A stretch of 64,000 nucleotides of DNA. It comes from Oopsacas minuta (lineage: Eukaryota > Animalia > Porifera). The notes under the pieces were generated by a model. That model was not told where the DNA came from and made no database searches. It saw only the letters and a list, made by a program, of their open reading frames with translations. The position numbers and the translations under genes are program-made. Below, piece after piece: positions 25,531 through 37,597 of the stretch (its first letter is position 1; each line of letters opens with the position of its first letter). The DNA lies in the NCBI GenBank assembly GCA_024704765.1, contig JAKMXF010000033.1:620001-684000 (forward strand), written 5' to 3'.

Positions 25531-28500
25531 TTATAATCTGGTCTCATGATACTCTGTATCAGTTTGTGATCCAGTATCAGCATTATCTACAGGTGTAGTG
25601 TTATTATTGGAAATGACAAGGGAAGATTTCGGAGTACGTTCTGATACCTTGAAATTCTCTAGACTTGATGAAGAAGGTACCACTGTTTCATTCCTATTAA
25701 TATTATTCACATCTTCAATCTTATTTTCATTTTTCACTTCAGAAACATATGTACTGTGCTCCGTGGGGGTACTTATATCCATAATATAATCCATTCTCTC
25801 TGTAACTGAGTTTTCCAGCATGGCTAGGCTTTTACAGTAAGGCTCGTTGTTTCCATTAACATGAATTTCGTTGCTGTCTTGAATTGAGCATTTGTTTATT
25901 TGTAATGACTGCACCCTCCTACGGTTAGCTTTTGGCATAGGCGCATTTGTCTGACTGACGGAGGCCTCAGTTTTTTTGCTAGATAGATAATTTGGTTCTT
26001 TGTTATGCTCTCTATATTTGAGTACTACAATTATTAGCAATACTATTCCTACGGGAGAGTTGAATATCAAGAATGACCAATTTAAAATCTTATCAATCAC
26101 CAAAGTAGAAAGTTCTTTCTCCCCCAGAAGATGTGTAACTACTTTACCACACGATATTACCCAAGGAATACCCAAAACAAATGTTAGAATGATTGCTGCG
26201 ATTAGCATACTTCTCAAAATACCATTTAATTTCTCTTGTCCCTGTCGTATTCTCTCTTTTTTCAAATGTATTAGTCTGAGGAAAGTGCAAATGAAGATGA
26301 TAATGTTTACAAAGATGACTAAGTAAACAGGGCCAAGAAATGTCCATATAAGCCAGTCATCAGTAGACATGAAGCAGCTCTCTGTGTTATCCTTGATATA
26401 GTGTGTACCTTTTGATGCTATTATCGACGCTAACACGAATGGCACCGGATATGACCAGCCGAATATCATTAAGGGAATCCAGATCCTTCTCTTCGACCAT
26501 TTATCTAGAAATATTTTGAAGATTTATATTACAGTGGAACTTCATTAACACAACTCCAACGGACGGTGAAAATTTGTTCGCCTTAACCTGGAAATACAAA
26601 TTGAATTTCCTCCTGTATAATATTCGTTCGTCTTGTCAGGAAATTCCAATTCACCTGTTAGTATTAACGAAGTTCTAGTATATTTGTGATTTATTTAGAT
26701 AAATTGGAATATATTTAACTCTCTTTCAGACACAAAACTTATATTAATTAATCCACCTGTACAGTAAATTTTATTTCAATAAGCTCACCTATAAATACTT
26801 TGAATAAGAGATATATGCCGATACACATACACCAGGCCATAACTGCTGTCCATAAGTATTGCAATAAAACTGCTACGATAGTACATACTAATTTATTAAT
26901 CTTAGCAGTACTCTCAATTCCAAATATGAAAACTGTTGTAGCGAATAATAGTGCTATTGTTTGATTGAGATAAAGTACATTTATCTCTGATTTGTCAGAA
27001 CTAATGAATTTTCTTCCGCCCTTTAAATATATCACAATTATAGCCAGCAGAGAAAGAAATGAGATGCTTAATAGTGTGTATGATGCAGTTGAAAGTAGAA
27101 TCTTTTCAAGGAGAGATACTTCTGGGTCTTTTGTCTGGATGAGAACAGAGAACGAACTTAGATGCATGGTACCGCATACTGCAGTACGTGTTGTGTAATT
27201 ATACTCTATTAACTTGACACCCTCTCCTGACCATTTCCCTAACCTTACATCAAAGAAGAGACACACTAACTCTGTTCCAGCTGGCGCTGGTTCAGATGGA
27301 AAAAATAATAGCACCTAGAGAAAAGAATAGAATTATATGATATTGCAAACTTTGATTAAATAATAACCAATTTCATATAGAACACTAGAAATATGTATAT
27401 TGTTTGCAGAACTTACTTCTTTTCGTAACTTATCCATCTGAGTGCTGGCGTTATAAGATCTCTGTGTAAATGATAGAGAAATTATTCCATTGCTTTTTGT
27501 ATTATTTTTACTCTTTATGATAGTAGTAGTCACCTAAATAATTCAAGAACATATGTTACGTATATCTCTGTAGTTTCATGTTGTATGCCTTAGGGACTTA
27601 TAATGCTGTCCAACTTACCAAGGTAGGTTCAAATTCCAATGTAGACTCATTCGTGAATACATCTGATGGAACCACAACATGCTCTTGGGTTATATTATAC
27701 TCTTTTAATTGGGGAAAGATAATATTCTCACTTATATTGGACACAATTTCCACAGCTTCTATAAAAGAATCACTATCTCCAGGAATAGTAAAGTTAGTTG
27801 TAGTGTTCCCTACTGCTGCTACTACTTTAGGCACCAGAGCTTCTAAAGCTTGTAATGTGTTAGCTATAGTTATCTCTGTATCATAGAAAGCTTCTCTATA
27901 GATACATCCCTCCTAAATATATATACATACGTATATATTACAGTGATAATCAATACTATTCAATGATTACAAATTGACAGATGAGAATTTATGTTTGAAT
28001 GCCAGAATCGGATAATTAATAGGCTGAGTTGGATAATTGAGTTAGAAATACTGTAGTCAAGGTGGAACTCAATTTATAAACAAGAAATTTCCTAAAATAA
28101 TTAATATATTTACCTCAGTTGGGTAGAATTGAGTAAGTGGATTCTGTTGATCTAGTGATACTTCTATTGCCTTAGCATTGACACTAAATATATCTCTAGA
28201 CGTAATATCGTTTAGAGAATCTTTTACTAGTTTGGTTGTAACTGGCGGTAGTATCCCAGTAGATAAAATTAAATTTGCGTTCTCTGTAGAGTTACTAGCA
28301 TTGACATCAGTTGGTAAAGTCTCAAGACTTACATCTACTAATCCAACTACATTAACTGCCTGCCCGCCATTGATTTCTTCCTGCTCTTCTACCAAATTTA
28401 AAGTACTATTGAGAACTTCTACACTTACAGAGCCATTAAGAATTGTTATGTAAATTTGTCTCGTAGTATTTCCCATACGATTAGAAGCATTACAAATGTA

Positions 28501-31500
28501 CTCATTAGCTTTTCCAACCAACAGATCTCCCACATAAATTGTAAGTATCGGTGAATGTGTTATGTAGTTGGGAATAGGGATACCATCTTTTCTATACCAG
28601 TTAACTAATGGAATAGGATTTCCTGATGCGGAACAATTGTAGTTATGAGCATATTCTGAAGCATTGGAACCTGCAAAGTACATATCTGTCTCAGGCTCGA
28701 GGATTTCTGGGATTGTCTCTACAAATTCAAATGAGCTATAAAACCGAATTACACAAGTTTATGCACATGCTCTTACCTTCTCTCAAATAGAAACTAGTAG
28801 ATACTTCAGGTCCATATCCTCTCCTATTATAGGGAATTACTGTAACAGTAAAGTTAACAGAGTGCCAGAGATACAGCAACAATATGAATTCCTGATCAGT
28901 TTGATTTCTCCATGTAAAGTTATCAATCAGTTGAGGAATACTTGTGTTAGCTGGATCAGTATAGTGAGTAGTTATGTTGTAGTGTAGTATTTCCCCGTTA
29001 CGATCACTGATAGGAACAGGCTGCCATGTAATGAGAACTGAATACTGACTAGCTTCAGCCCAGCTCAAATTCTTTACAGGAGCACTGGGAGCTAAAGTAA
29101 CATAATTTAAACAAGGATTCTACACAATTTCGAATTTAATATACACAGTAGAACCTCACTAACGGACGATCAAAAATTGTTCGCTTTATCCTGAGTTCGT
29201 ATTAACCAGGGTAATACCAATTTAATAACCATTGTAGAGACCTGATTTTGCAAACTTCGTCTTATTATTCGTTGTATTAATGAGGTTACGCAGTAGTATG
29301 AAGAGGCTTACCTGCATCTTCAGTGGATACGACAATATAATCAGGTTTACTCCTTATTCCAGATGCATTAAGAAATACTTGTATCGTGTAGTTAGTATCT
29401 TCTTCCAGGTTTTCTAGAGTAGCTTCTTGCATGAATGTATTATTTATATATTCAAAAGATAGTTCATGAATAGAAGTATCTAGTAGAGTACCCTGATAGG
29501 TCAGGATATAGTTTTTAGGTATACCGTCTATGTCCTCATCATATGGTGATTCCCACTTTACATGTATACTGGTAGCTGTGACATTGTTATAGCCCAGTTG
29601 AAGTGGTTGAAGAGATCCTTAATATAGTTTTATATTAATTATCGATTTAACCGAATACAGCGATTTAACTTGAATTTTGAAAGTCAAAGAAACAAATATA
29701 CATGCAGTCGAAACCGTTTTTTTCTTGCCATTTCTTTGCAGGACATTATTGTAAAAAAAACTGATGGATAATCTATGAAATTCCCACATTATTTGCAATC
29801 TTAGAATGGAATTGTAATACCTGAATGTAGAGTTTTGGCAGTAGTGTTAGCAAAGGGCCCTCTACCTGCTTCATTATTTACAGCTAATCTTATTTCGTAA
29901 TCAGGACCTCCGTTAGTCAATCCTTGTAATATAAAATAGAAGTTGTTATCTCCATCAGTTACTGGTATTGTCGTCTCGATGTTCTTTGGTCCATTATCCT
30001 TCTTGCTTGAATAGAAAAGAGTAAAATTTGTTAATTTTCCATTTATCTCTAGCTTGCCAGGTAGCTGCCATGTGATCAGTGAAATTGAAACAGAGAGAGC
30101 TGTGGCATTTAGAGATCGGGGAGTTCCAATTGGAGCTAAAATGATTAGATCGATATTATTAGTTTGATTTTACAAATATGTAAGTCTCAAGCAATAACAT
30201 TTTGTCAATTCTGAATCTAACTATACGAGTCTAATTTGCTTTTATAATATATGAAAGCGTAATGGTTTGCTTGTAGAACTATACATTAACAATCTACGTT
30301 GCTGAATGATGATTAGAAGAGCCAATTTTAAACTTATCGTAACAGTAAATAATAACAGCAGGTACCAGTTTGTAGAGTTGTAAATTCCTCTAAAGATTCT
30401 CCATTCTTCCCTTTCAGCTGAGTGTAAGAAGTAACATTAAGTGTATAAGTAATATACTCCTCTAGTCCATTAATTGTGTAGCTCATAGTGTTAGCATCAA
30501 GTGTAACGTTCTTTTCTGTATCTATATCTCTTGAAGAGTATATCAACAGGAAGTGAGTTATATTATCACCAGTGCTGGTGGAAGGTGCAGACCATGATAC
30601 ACTAAGAGATGTGCTATTTGCCGATGATATTATCAAATTTAGAGATTGTAGAATATCTGTAGAATAGTGTATGGTAGAAAATAGGAATCTTTTGCAAATA
30701 CAGTAGCAAGGTGAAAATTAACATTTAAACATTGAATGCTTACCCTGTTGCGGAGTTGTAAATGAATGAGTTATCGTAACAGGGTGTTCTAATGCACTAC
30801 TTGATACACTGATGGAGTAGTGGGTGTTAGGAGATAGCTTATCAGAGATGTAGTAAGCAGTTGTATATGTGACGTCACTAGCTATAACTACGCCCAAATT
30901 ATCAGTTACTATGACATTGTAGCTTGTAGAGAGCTGGTATATATCGGAGAAAGGTAGCCATGATATACATGCAGATTCCTGGCTAATGAATTGTGTTGAT
31001 ATTTCTACACAAATAATATAATATTAAAATCAAGTCCAATTATTGATATGTATTACCTTGAGCAATTTCTTTATCCAATCTTACAAGTAGAGTAGCTTGA
31101 GGACTGGTACTTACTTTCGTGTCAGCTGACAGAGAGAAGAAATACGAAACATTCATCTTCAATTCACTTATAACGGTGCTAAATGTATATGAATCCAATA
31201 CATTGACTACTGTAGGATCAGACCCCATTCTAGTTGTGTAAGATTCGATACTATAATAGTTCAGTGTATACTGCGTTATAGGACTATGTCTATATTGTAA
31301 GGGGATTTCTTTCCAGTTTACCTCAATGGTAGATGGCGCTATAACACTGTAGGAGAGTCCAGGCGGTTGTATAAGAGCAGCTATAAAGTGTATTATAATT
31401 GTGTGGGATATATCAAACGCCCGCTTATATGGAAGTCTGGAATTGTACAAATATGGTCACAAACTGTCAAAGTAACATAAATTTATCGGTTATATCGAAG

Positions 31501-33243
31501 TAATTATCGCGGGCCCTTGAGCTTCGATATAACGAGAGTTGACTGATAATCAATTGCTTATTAATTGCAAACTGTATAATCCTTACCTTCAACACTACAT
31601 ATATATTGAAGATATTCATTATTGCAATATCTATGTTCCCATTCTTTGTTATAAGCCATGGAAACACATTCCATAGTAGTCTGAGGCTCTTGTAACTGGT
31701 TAATAAATTCTACTTCACTCGCATCTTCCCATCGCCATCTCAGCTCTGTCATCCGAAAGACAAGTCCAATCCAAAAGTTACCAGTAGAGAAGTCCAAGAT
31801 ATTATGTAGTAGTTCAACTTCCCTCATGGATTTTATTGATGCAAGATAACTGTTTCTAGCTATACAGTCATTACTCGCTTCATGCTGGCGAACTGCACTG
31901 TTAAATACTTCAAACCGCCTTCCATCAATCATCAAGCTGTCTTGATCATACAAAACTATCAAAACAAAATAATTTGGTAATTAATAAATATTGTAAAATA
32001 TAGGTAGAGACTTGCTCTTAATGAATATAAAGTAAACAAATAGTTGAAAATTCTTACATTAATTTTCAAGGAAAATATATTACCTCTCTTGCTGCATACG
32101 AAAGGACGAGATTCTGTACAGGGAGACAACTCTAGTGATGTTCCTCCCTGAGTTTGGATATATCCGCACAATGTGTTACTACTGCTGGTTTTTGGTACCA
32201 GAGGTCCTAGTATACTCATGTCTGCCCATGTGAAGTCACCGCCAGATTTTAAATTGGTCAGAGATGTCCATGTCCATGCATCTGGGTCATCAAATAATAC
32301 TGATACAGTATTAAGTTCTTGTTGAGAAGATAATGATACTAGCTCACCACCCCAAGCTGTACAACTGGAGTTTGCATCGGTCCATTGTTCGTGTCGGCTG
32401 AAGAATTGATAACAAACATTCTTCCAAACAAGATTACAAGATCCGTAACATGAAAAGTCATCACAACTGTTGCAACCTGTTATGGAGTAAATGTTATGAC
32501 ATATTTGGTCTTGCTGCAAATTGGTTCAACAGTGTTCATGTTCAAATATTGCGAAATGATGAAATTGGTCTGAGCTTATGTATAAACTTATACGAATATA
32601 ATACTGATTAATATTACGTTCAAGTAGCAAAATTATTATTACAGTCAACATCCGCTAACTCGAAATCCCGTTAAGGTCCCAATTTCCCCTGCGACACTTT
32701 TTCAAATGATTAAGAGCTGAAAATGTAACTGCTTATTCAGTTTTTTGTGATCTCTTCAAAAATGCAATAAAACACATTCATATCAAAATTATTCAAAAGT
32801 ATATTGTTAGTTAATATGCTGTACAGTTAACCTGTAACTCGAAACCTAAAATCTGTTCGAAAAATCGAATGTTCGAGTTAAATGGGCGCGATAAGTACTA
32901 AAAGTACATCGAAGGGAAGTGAATATTCATTTAAGATAACGAATGTTCGAGTTAACCGGCATTCGAGATAGCGAACAGTTTTTATAAAAACCGAATAGTG
33001 AAAGGAAGAGAAACGAAATTTTCATTCGAATTAACGAAAGGTCGAATTAAGTAGAGTCCATCAGTTAACTCGAAGATTCCCTATCTCGACAGATTTTGAT
33101 TTTCCCTTACGTTCGAGTTACCAGATGTTGAATGTATTTGATTTAATAATGAAAAATAAATTACGTAATTAACCTAGCATACCTTGATAAGTTAAAAACA
33201 AAACAAATAAGTTAAAAAAGCAGACAATTTTTGTTGTCACCAT
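25531..33243 (-). CDS. Adhesion GPCR: signal peptide, 2 C-type lectin domains, about 6 FN3, Ig, GAIN/GPS, 7TM, PDZ-type tail (ETRL)
   Basis: Exon 1 33183-33243 MVTTKIVCFFNLFVLFLTYQ. CTL motifs CYQFFSRHEQWTDANSSC...WTWTSL and FWIGL...YIC. FN3 exons (SLSVSWSAP, SVLITWQP). Ig YNCSASGNPIPLVNW. GPS CLFFD...WSGEG...CGTMHLSSFSVL. 7TM motifs WTAVMAW and IFGWSYP...WLIWTFLGP. Confidence 0.88.
26530..26680. mobile_element. MITE in a GPCR intron
   Basis: TACAGTGGAACTTCATTAA ... TATTAACGAAGTTCTAGTA; related to 56526-56668. Confidence 0.6.
29145..29297. mobile_element. Degenerate MITE in a GPCR intron
   Basis: CACAGTAGAACCTCACTAA ... TTAATGAGGTTACGCAGTA. Confidence 0.45.
31404..31545. mobile_element. MITE family A, left-truncated
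   Basis: Shares the core and right TIR (GCTTCGATATAACGAGAGTTGACTG). Confidence 0.7.
32640..33136. mobile_element. About 500-bp non-autonomous Tc1/pogo-type element in GPCR intron 1
   Basis: TACAGTCAACATCCGCTAACTCGAA ... TTCGAGTTACCAGATGTTGAATGTA; internal AACTCGAA/TTCGAGTT repeats. Confidence 0.7.
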
Positions 33244-34290
33244 TACGATATCTGGATTTTTGTCCTTTTATTATCTCCCACAAATATCAACCCATATTTA
33301 TACGTTTCTCACATATACACAAATATGTTGTTAACCAATATTTCATTGGAAAAATATATTAATCAGAAATATGCGCCACACTCTCTTATTCTTCAAATGC
33401 AAAACAAATTTGTTGACCTTTTTGAGTTTACTGCTACTGGCCTAGCCAGAAGGTAAATTTAGTAAAAAGCTTATTCGTTAGCATTTGGTTAATTATTCTT
33501 AGAATATCCTGGAGCATTTGCAAATGCTTAGGAGCTGCTTAAATATTCAAGTTATGTGGGTGATTAACTTGCGGTTGTTTGTTAAAGGTTGAATAATTTA
33601 TTCAAAATATTTTAACCTATTGTTTTGCAAAGATGGGGATGGTGGGAGATAAGCCAGACAACATCCAGACACCACCTGTGCTGTTTGTTATTTAAAAACC
33701 GCATTCTACCTGGCATTAAACGGCATTAATCCCGGACGTAATATTTTCAATTTTTGTAAATATAGAAGATTTGGGAAACTAATTACCCTAATTTGTTGCT
33801 TGGTCTAATCTGGTGTAAATTAAACAAAATTTTCTTCTAGATACGTAGTTGCAATATTTTATTCGCCTTGGAGCTTGTCCCTAGTCCCATGCTTATTCAG
33901 GGAAATATCGAAACACATAATTAAATAATTTAGCCACATTTTCGGGCGGGCTCTCCCCTCTAAGCCAGGCCCCTGACTTCAAACTAGATGGCGACGGCAC
34001 TCCCATATGTAATTATTTATGCTCCTGTTGGACTATCCTTAGGTAGAGGTTTTGTGAGATTAGTCATATCACTCTCACAATTTCCATAGAGAAAGAGATA
34101 CAGTAAACTCCTATCATATCAAAATACCCACTTAATATCGAAGTTTTAGATTGTCAAATATGGCCCCAAACCGTCAAAGTAACATAAATTTTATCAATTA
34201 TATGATACATAACTGCAACAATACTAGCTATATAACTTTACGTACCAGAGGACATTCGTTCAATTGTACTTTTACATAGGTACTGATCAA

Positions 34291-34923
34291 ATGGCTGATC
34301 TGCTAGCTACTAATTGGAGTGACTCGACAAAACGTCATCTACTGAATCAGCATACAATACTAGAATACTTCTGTCAAAAGAGCAATCCATTCTACGACTC
34401 GACATGTAATAATGAAGTATGTAAGATGCAGAGACAAGATATGTCTTATACCAAGAATATGACAGGAGTAGAATACGATCTCCTCCATATGCAGGATCCC
34501 TATCTCTTTATTATACGTAAACAGTATAGGGAATCTCCTTCTAGCATAATTCCACTAAACTTCTACTCAATAGTAGATGGATTTGTATATCAATGTCCTG
34601 ATCTCCTGTCTATCATAAACTCGAGACTAACTCAATGCATAAACGAAGTAGAGCAAGCATACACAGCATTCAGCAAACAGACAGTGTATAGACCTCTTGA
34701 GGGTAATGTTTGGTCGTTTGAAGAGAAATTACAACGACAAACACAATTAGATGCTCATAATGATTCGTCACTATATCAGCGGCAGGCTGTAGATATTCTA
34801 TTGAAGGAGCTTGTAAAGAAGTTCCCTATAGAAGCTATGTATAAGCCACGGGAGGGACAGCTAGTGCAGAATGGAGCAGGTGATGGATCAGCTGCTCCTC
34901 CTACTAGCTCTCTTCCACAGTAG
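34291..34923 (+). CDS. MED6: Mediator subunit 6, intronless, 210 aa
   Basis: LEYFCQKSNPFYDSTCNNEVCKMQR, MTGVEY, LFIIRKQ, YQCPDLLSIINSRL. First ATG at 34291. Confidence 0.93.
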   Translation: MADLLATNWSDSTKRHLLNQHTILEYFCQKSNPFYDSTCNNEVCKMQRQDMSYTKNMTGVEYDLLHMQDPYLFIIRKQYRESPSSIIPLNFYSIVDGFVYQCPDLLSIINSRLTQCINEVEQAYTAFSKQTVYRPLEGNVWSFEEKLQRQTQLDAHNDSSLYQRQAVDILLKELVKKFPIEAMYKPREGQLVQNGAGDGSAAPPTSSLPQ

Positions 34924-35066
34924 GAAGTTAAATTTCATAAATAATTCAGTTAATAAATTGTTATGTGAATTATTTTATAATTATTCTGGTCTAATTAATA
35001 ATATCTGCCCTTGTCCTATGGCCAACTTATGGCTAACCACAATTTCTATTTTGTACTTACAAGACA

Positions 35067-35156
35067 CAGTCAACTCCCGTTATACTCGAATACGGATATA
35101 TCAATCAAGTAATTATCGCGGTCCCTTGAGCTTCGGTATTACGGGAGTTAACTGTA
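35067..35156. mobile_element. MITE family A, short variant
   Basis: CAGTCAACTCCCGTTATACTCG ... CGGTATTACGGGAGTTAACTGTA. Confidence 0.8.
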
Positions 35157-35233
35157 GTATATTATGGTGAATTATGACGTCACTGATACATATACAGTGT
35201 TGTACAGATTTAGCAGAAGTAAATTGTATTGAG

Positions 35234-37066
35234 ATGTCAGATCCACTTTTCCTTCAAGACCCAGAGCGTTACTTTGAGTTCCTTCCTCAACCATTTGCCT
35301 TTATACAAGATCTAGTGTACTCTCTATTGGATACTGCATACGATAGGCTGTTAGTTACAGAGAAGGAGCGAGCTATACAGTTAGGTATAAGGAAGTTAAC
35401 TAACGAGCCAATTAACGATGTATCTATCTCAAAAGATGTGAGTTTTGTTGATATCGCTAAAGTGAAAGTGCATTTAGAAGAAGATAGAATTGAGCATAAT
35501 TTCATGTTGATATTAGCTACCCGATTGCACTTACTATATTTCCCTGTATCTTGTTCTTATATGACACAGGATCCTGAATTTCAATTCAAACTACCTTGTG
35601 AATATCCTATACAAGATTTATATTTGTTATCCTCTTCAAATCGTTACGCACTATTACGCTGTAGAGACCTGAATAATCGTATTGAGTATCATGCTATAAC
35701 TAGTCAAAATAGCTATACTGTATTTTCTATTCCAGGGGAAGAGCATGTAGCTGTTTCCATAGCTGAGACAGATTCTCAAATAGTTCTAACTTGCTCTGAA
35801 AATGAAGATTTGTATCTTCTCATATTTTCCTATCCAATTTCTCAATGGAGAGATGTTATTCAGGTTATACTCAATTCTAGTCAGGAGGATCTAGAAACTA
35901 ATCCTGCTAAATTAATAAACTTCACAAAACCGGTCGTACTAGCAAGAATAAATAAACCACAACCTCTACATCCATCAACATTCTTACATCAATCTGATCT
36001 ACCACAATTTTCAGACACTAAACCCTATATGAATGGAATATCTCATTGCCTTACAGCTGAATTTTTTAAGAACCAAGCAGAACAATTTAACGCTAGAAGG
36101 CCTGGATTCACATCTACCCGCATAACTCCAACAGCTGTATTCAACCCGTTATATAATCCTCACTATAGCTCTGTGTTATCTGAGACTGTGGGTAAGAAAG
36201 ATCTAGCTGTATGGTGGGAAGGAGGTACTGACCTATACGTATACACTATTGCCAGTACAGCTCCCAAGGATATAATACTATATCCTCTCGCATATATGGA
36301 GCTAGCAGCTGATATATGTTCATCTGGTGTTAATGATATCGGTAACATATACTTACTGGGATACAAAGGCTGTATTTCTGTGTGGAGGTTCCCTCATAGA
36401 GAGTTGATTATTTTCTTAACATTCGATGAAGTAATTCATGAAGTCTCTGTAATAACATTTCTTCCTAACTTATCTTCTAATACTAACGCACTATTCATTT
36501 GTGTTGCAGAAAATAAGACTCATTTATTAGAAATAACTCCTAAGAAACAAACATTAAGTCCAATTGATCAGACAAGTGACCCTTCACTGCCTCCTGTACG
36601 AGCTATCAGTCAGTTAATTGTAACTCCTATTAATCATTATGTACTAATGCATCTAGTTAATGGTGAGAAAGTATTGAGAGATATAGCAGATACAGTGCCT
36701 GGTGTAATAGCACTGTTACCTACTGTTCCTACTCATGATACAGTATTTTGTTGGTATCTCCATCCTACTGCTAGACAATTATACTCTATAGTATGTGATA
36801 CAGAATCTGGATCTAGGAGATTAATACAATACGACTTATCGTCCGTAGTAAATAGAGCAATTATTCCTGAAATTGAAGATAAGCCAAAACCTATACCAGA
36901 ATCTCTTCACTCAACCAAGAGGGGTATATTCATACCGGGGACAAACTCTATACAGAAACATGCTATGGAGAGAGTAATGGCTATATACAATAATAGGGAA
37001 GCTACTAGGAAGAAAGCAAAGGAGATATGGGATAATCTTGAGAATGATCTTCCTCCTACTCCTTGA
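35234..37066 (+). CDS. WDR93: WDR93-like beta-propeller protein, intronless
   Basis: N-terminal DPERYFEFLPQPFAFIQDLV resembles the remembered WDR93 LPQPY motif; beta-strand-rich body. The start may instead be 35174. Confidence 0.6.
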   Translation: MSDPLFLQDPERYFEFLPQPFAFIQDLVYSLLDTAYDRLLVTEKERAIQLGIRKLTNEPINDVSISKDVSFVDIAKVKVHLEEDRIEHNFMLILATRLHLLYFPVSCSYMTQDPEFQFKLPCEYPIQDLYLLSSSNRYALLRCRDLNNRIEYHAITSQNSYTVFSIPGEEHVAVSIAETDSQIVLTCSENEDLYLLIFSYPISQWRDVIQVILNSSQEDLETNPAKLINFTKPVVLARINKPQPLHPSTFLHQSDLPQFSDTKPYMNGISHCLTAEFFKNQAEQFNARRPGFTSTRITPTAVFNPLYNPHYSSVLSETVGKKDLAVWWEGGTDLYVYTIASTAPKDIILYPLAYMELAADICSSGVNDIGNIYLLGYKGCISVWRFPHRELIIFLTFDEVIHEVSVITFLPNLSSNTNALFICVAENKTHLLEITPKKQTLSPIDQTSDPSLPPVRAISQLIVTPINHYVLMHLVNGEKVLRDIADTVPGVIALLPTVPTHDTVFCWYLHPTARQLYSIVCDTESGSRRLIQYDLSSVVNRAIIPEIEDKPKPIPESLHSTKRGIFIPGTNSIQKHAMERVMAIYNNREATRKKAKEIWDNLENDLPPTP

Positions 37067-37135
37067 TTGTTAAACTACATCTTGTATGTGATTATCTTAT
37101 TATACGTTTATATATACATACGAATACACATTATT

Positions 37136-37275
37136 CCAACGGTTCACAACCTGAGGTCCGGTCCCTGGAATTTCCAATTTTGTATTGCAAATTTTCTGAA
37201 GTGTTTATGGTGGTTCACAACATGTGTTATAAATGATTTTGGGGACTCCGCAGGTGAAAAATTGGGAATCACTTA
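37136..37275. mobile_element. hAT (Charlie/MER-like) MITE
   Basis: CAACGGTTCACAACCTGAGGTCC ... GGGGACTCCGCAGGTGAAAAATTGGGAATCACT. Confidence 0.6.
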
Positions 37276-37597
37276 TCCAAACTCTCGTGCATATTTATCC
37301 GAATGTTTGCCAAATAAGGCTACCACGACGTCATAACTCGAAAAGCGGGACAGATTGCAAGGATGCATTTAATTTGTATTTCAATTATTCAATAAGCGCA
37401 GTTGCTAATATTATTATTTACGTTATTGTGAAGAATATATCAGTCAGAATGTAATCTCTATAAATTCCTTTACCAACAGGAATACATCTAGAGATGCACT
37501 GTATATACTAAACTCTTATAACAATATAACACTATATGTATGTATTGTTCTACAAACCTATAAATTCATTTTATGTTATAGACACTATACCACCAAT

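Noticed and set aside
33367-33950. Series of short AG...GT-flanked open segments in the strand-switch region
   Set aside because: Could not be joined in phase into a stop-free or recognisable protein; may be UTR exons or decayed sequence.
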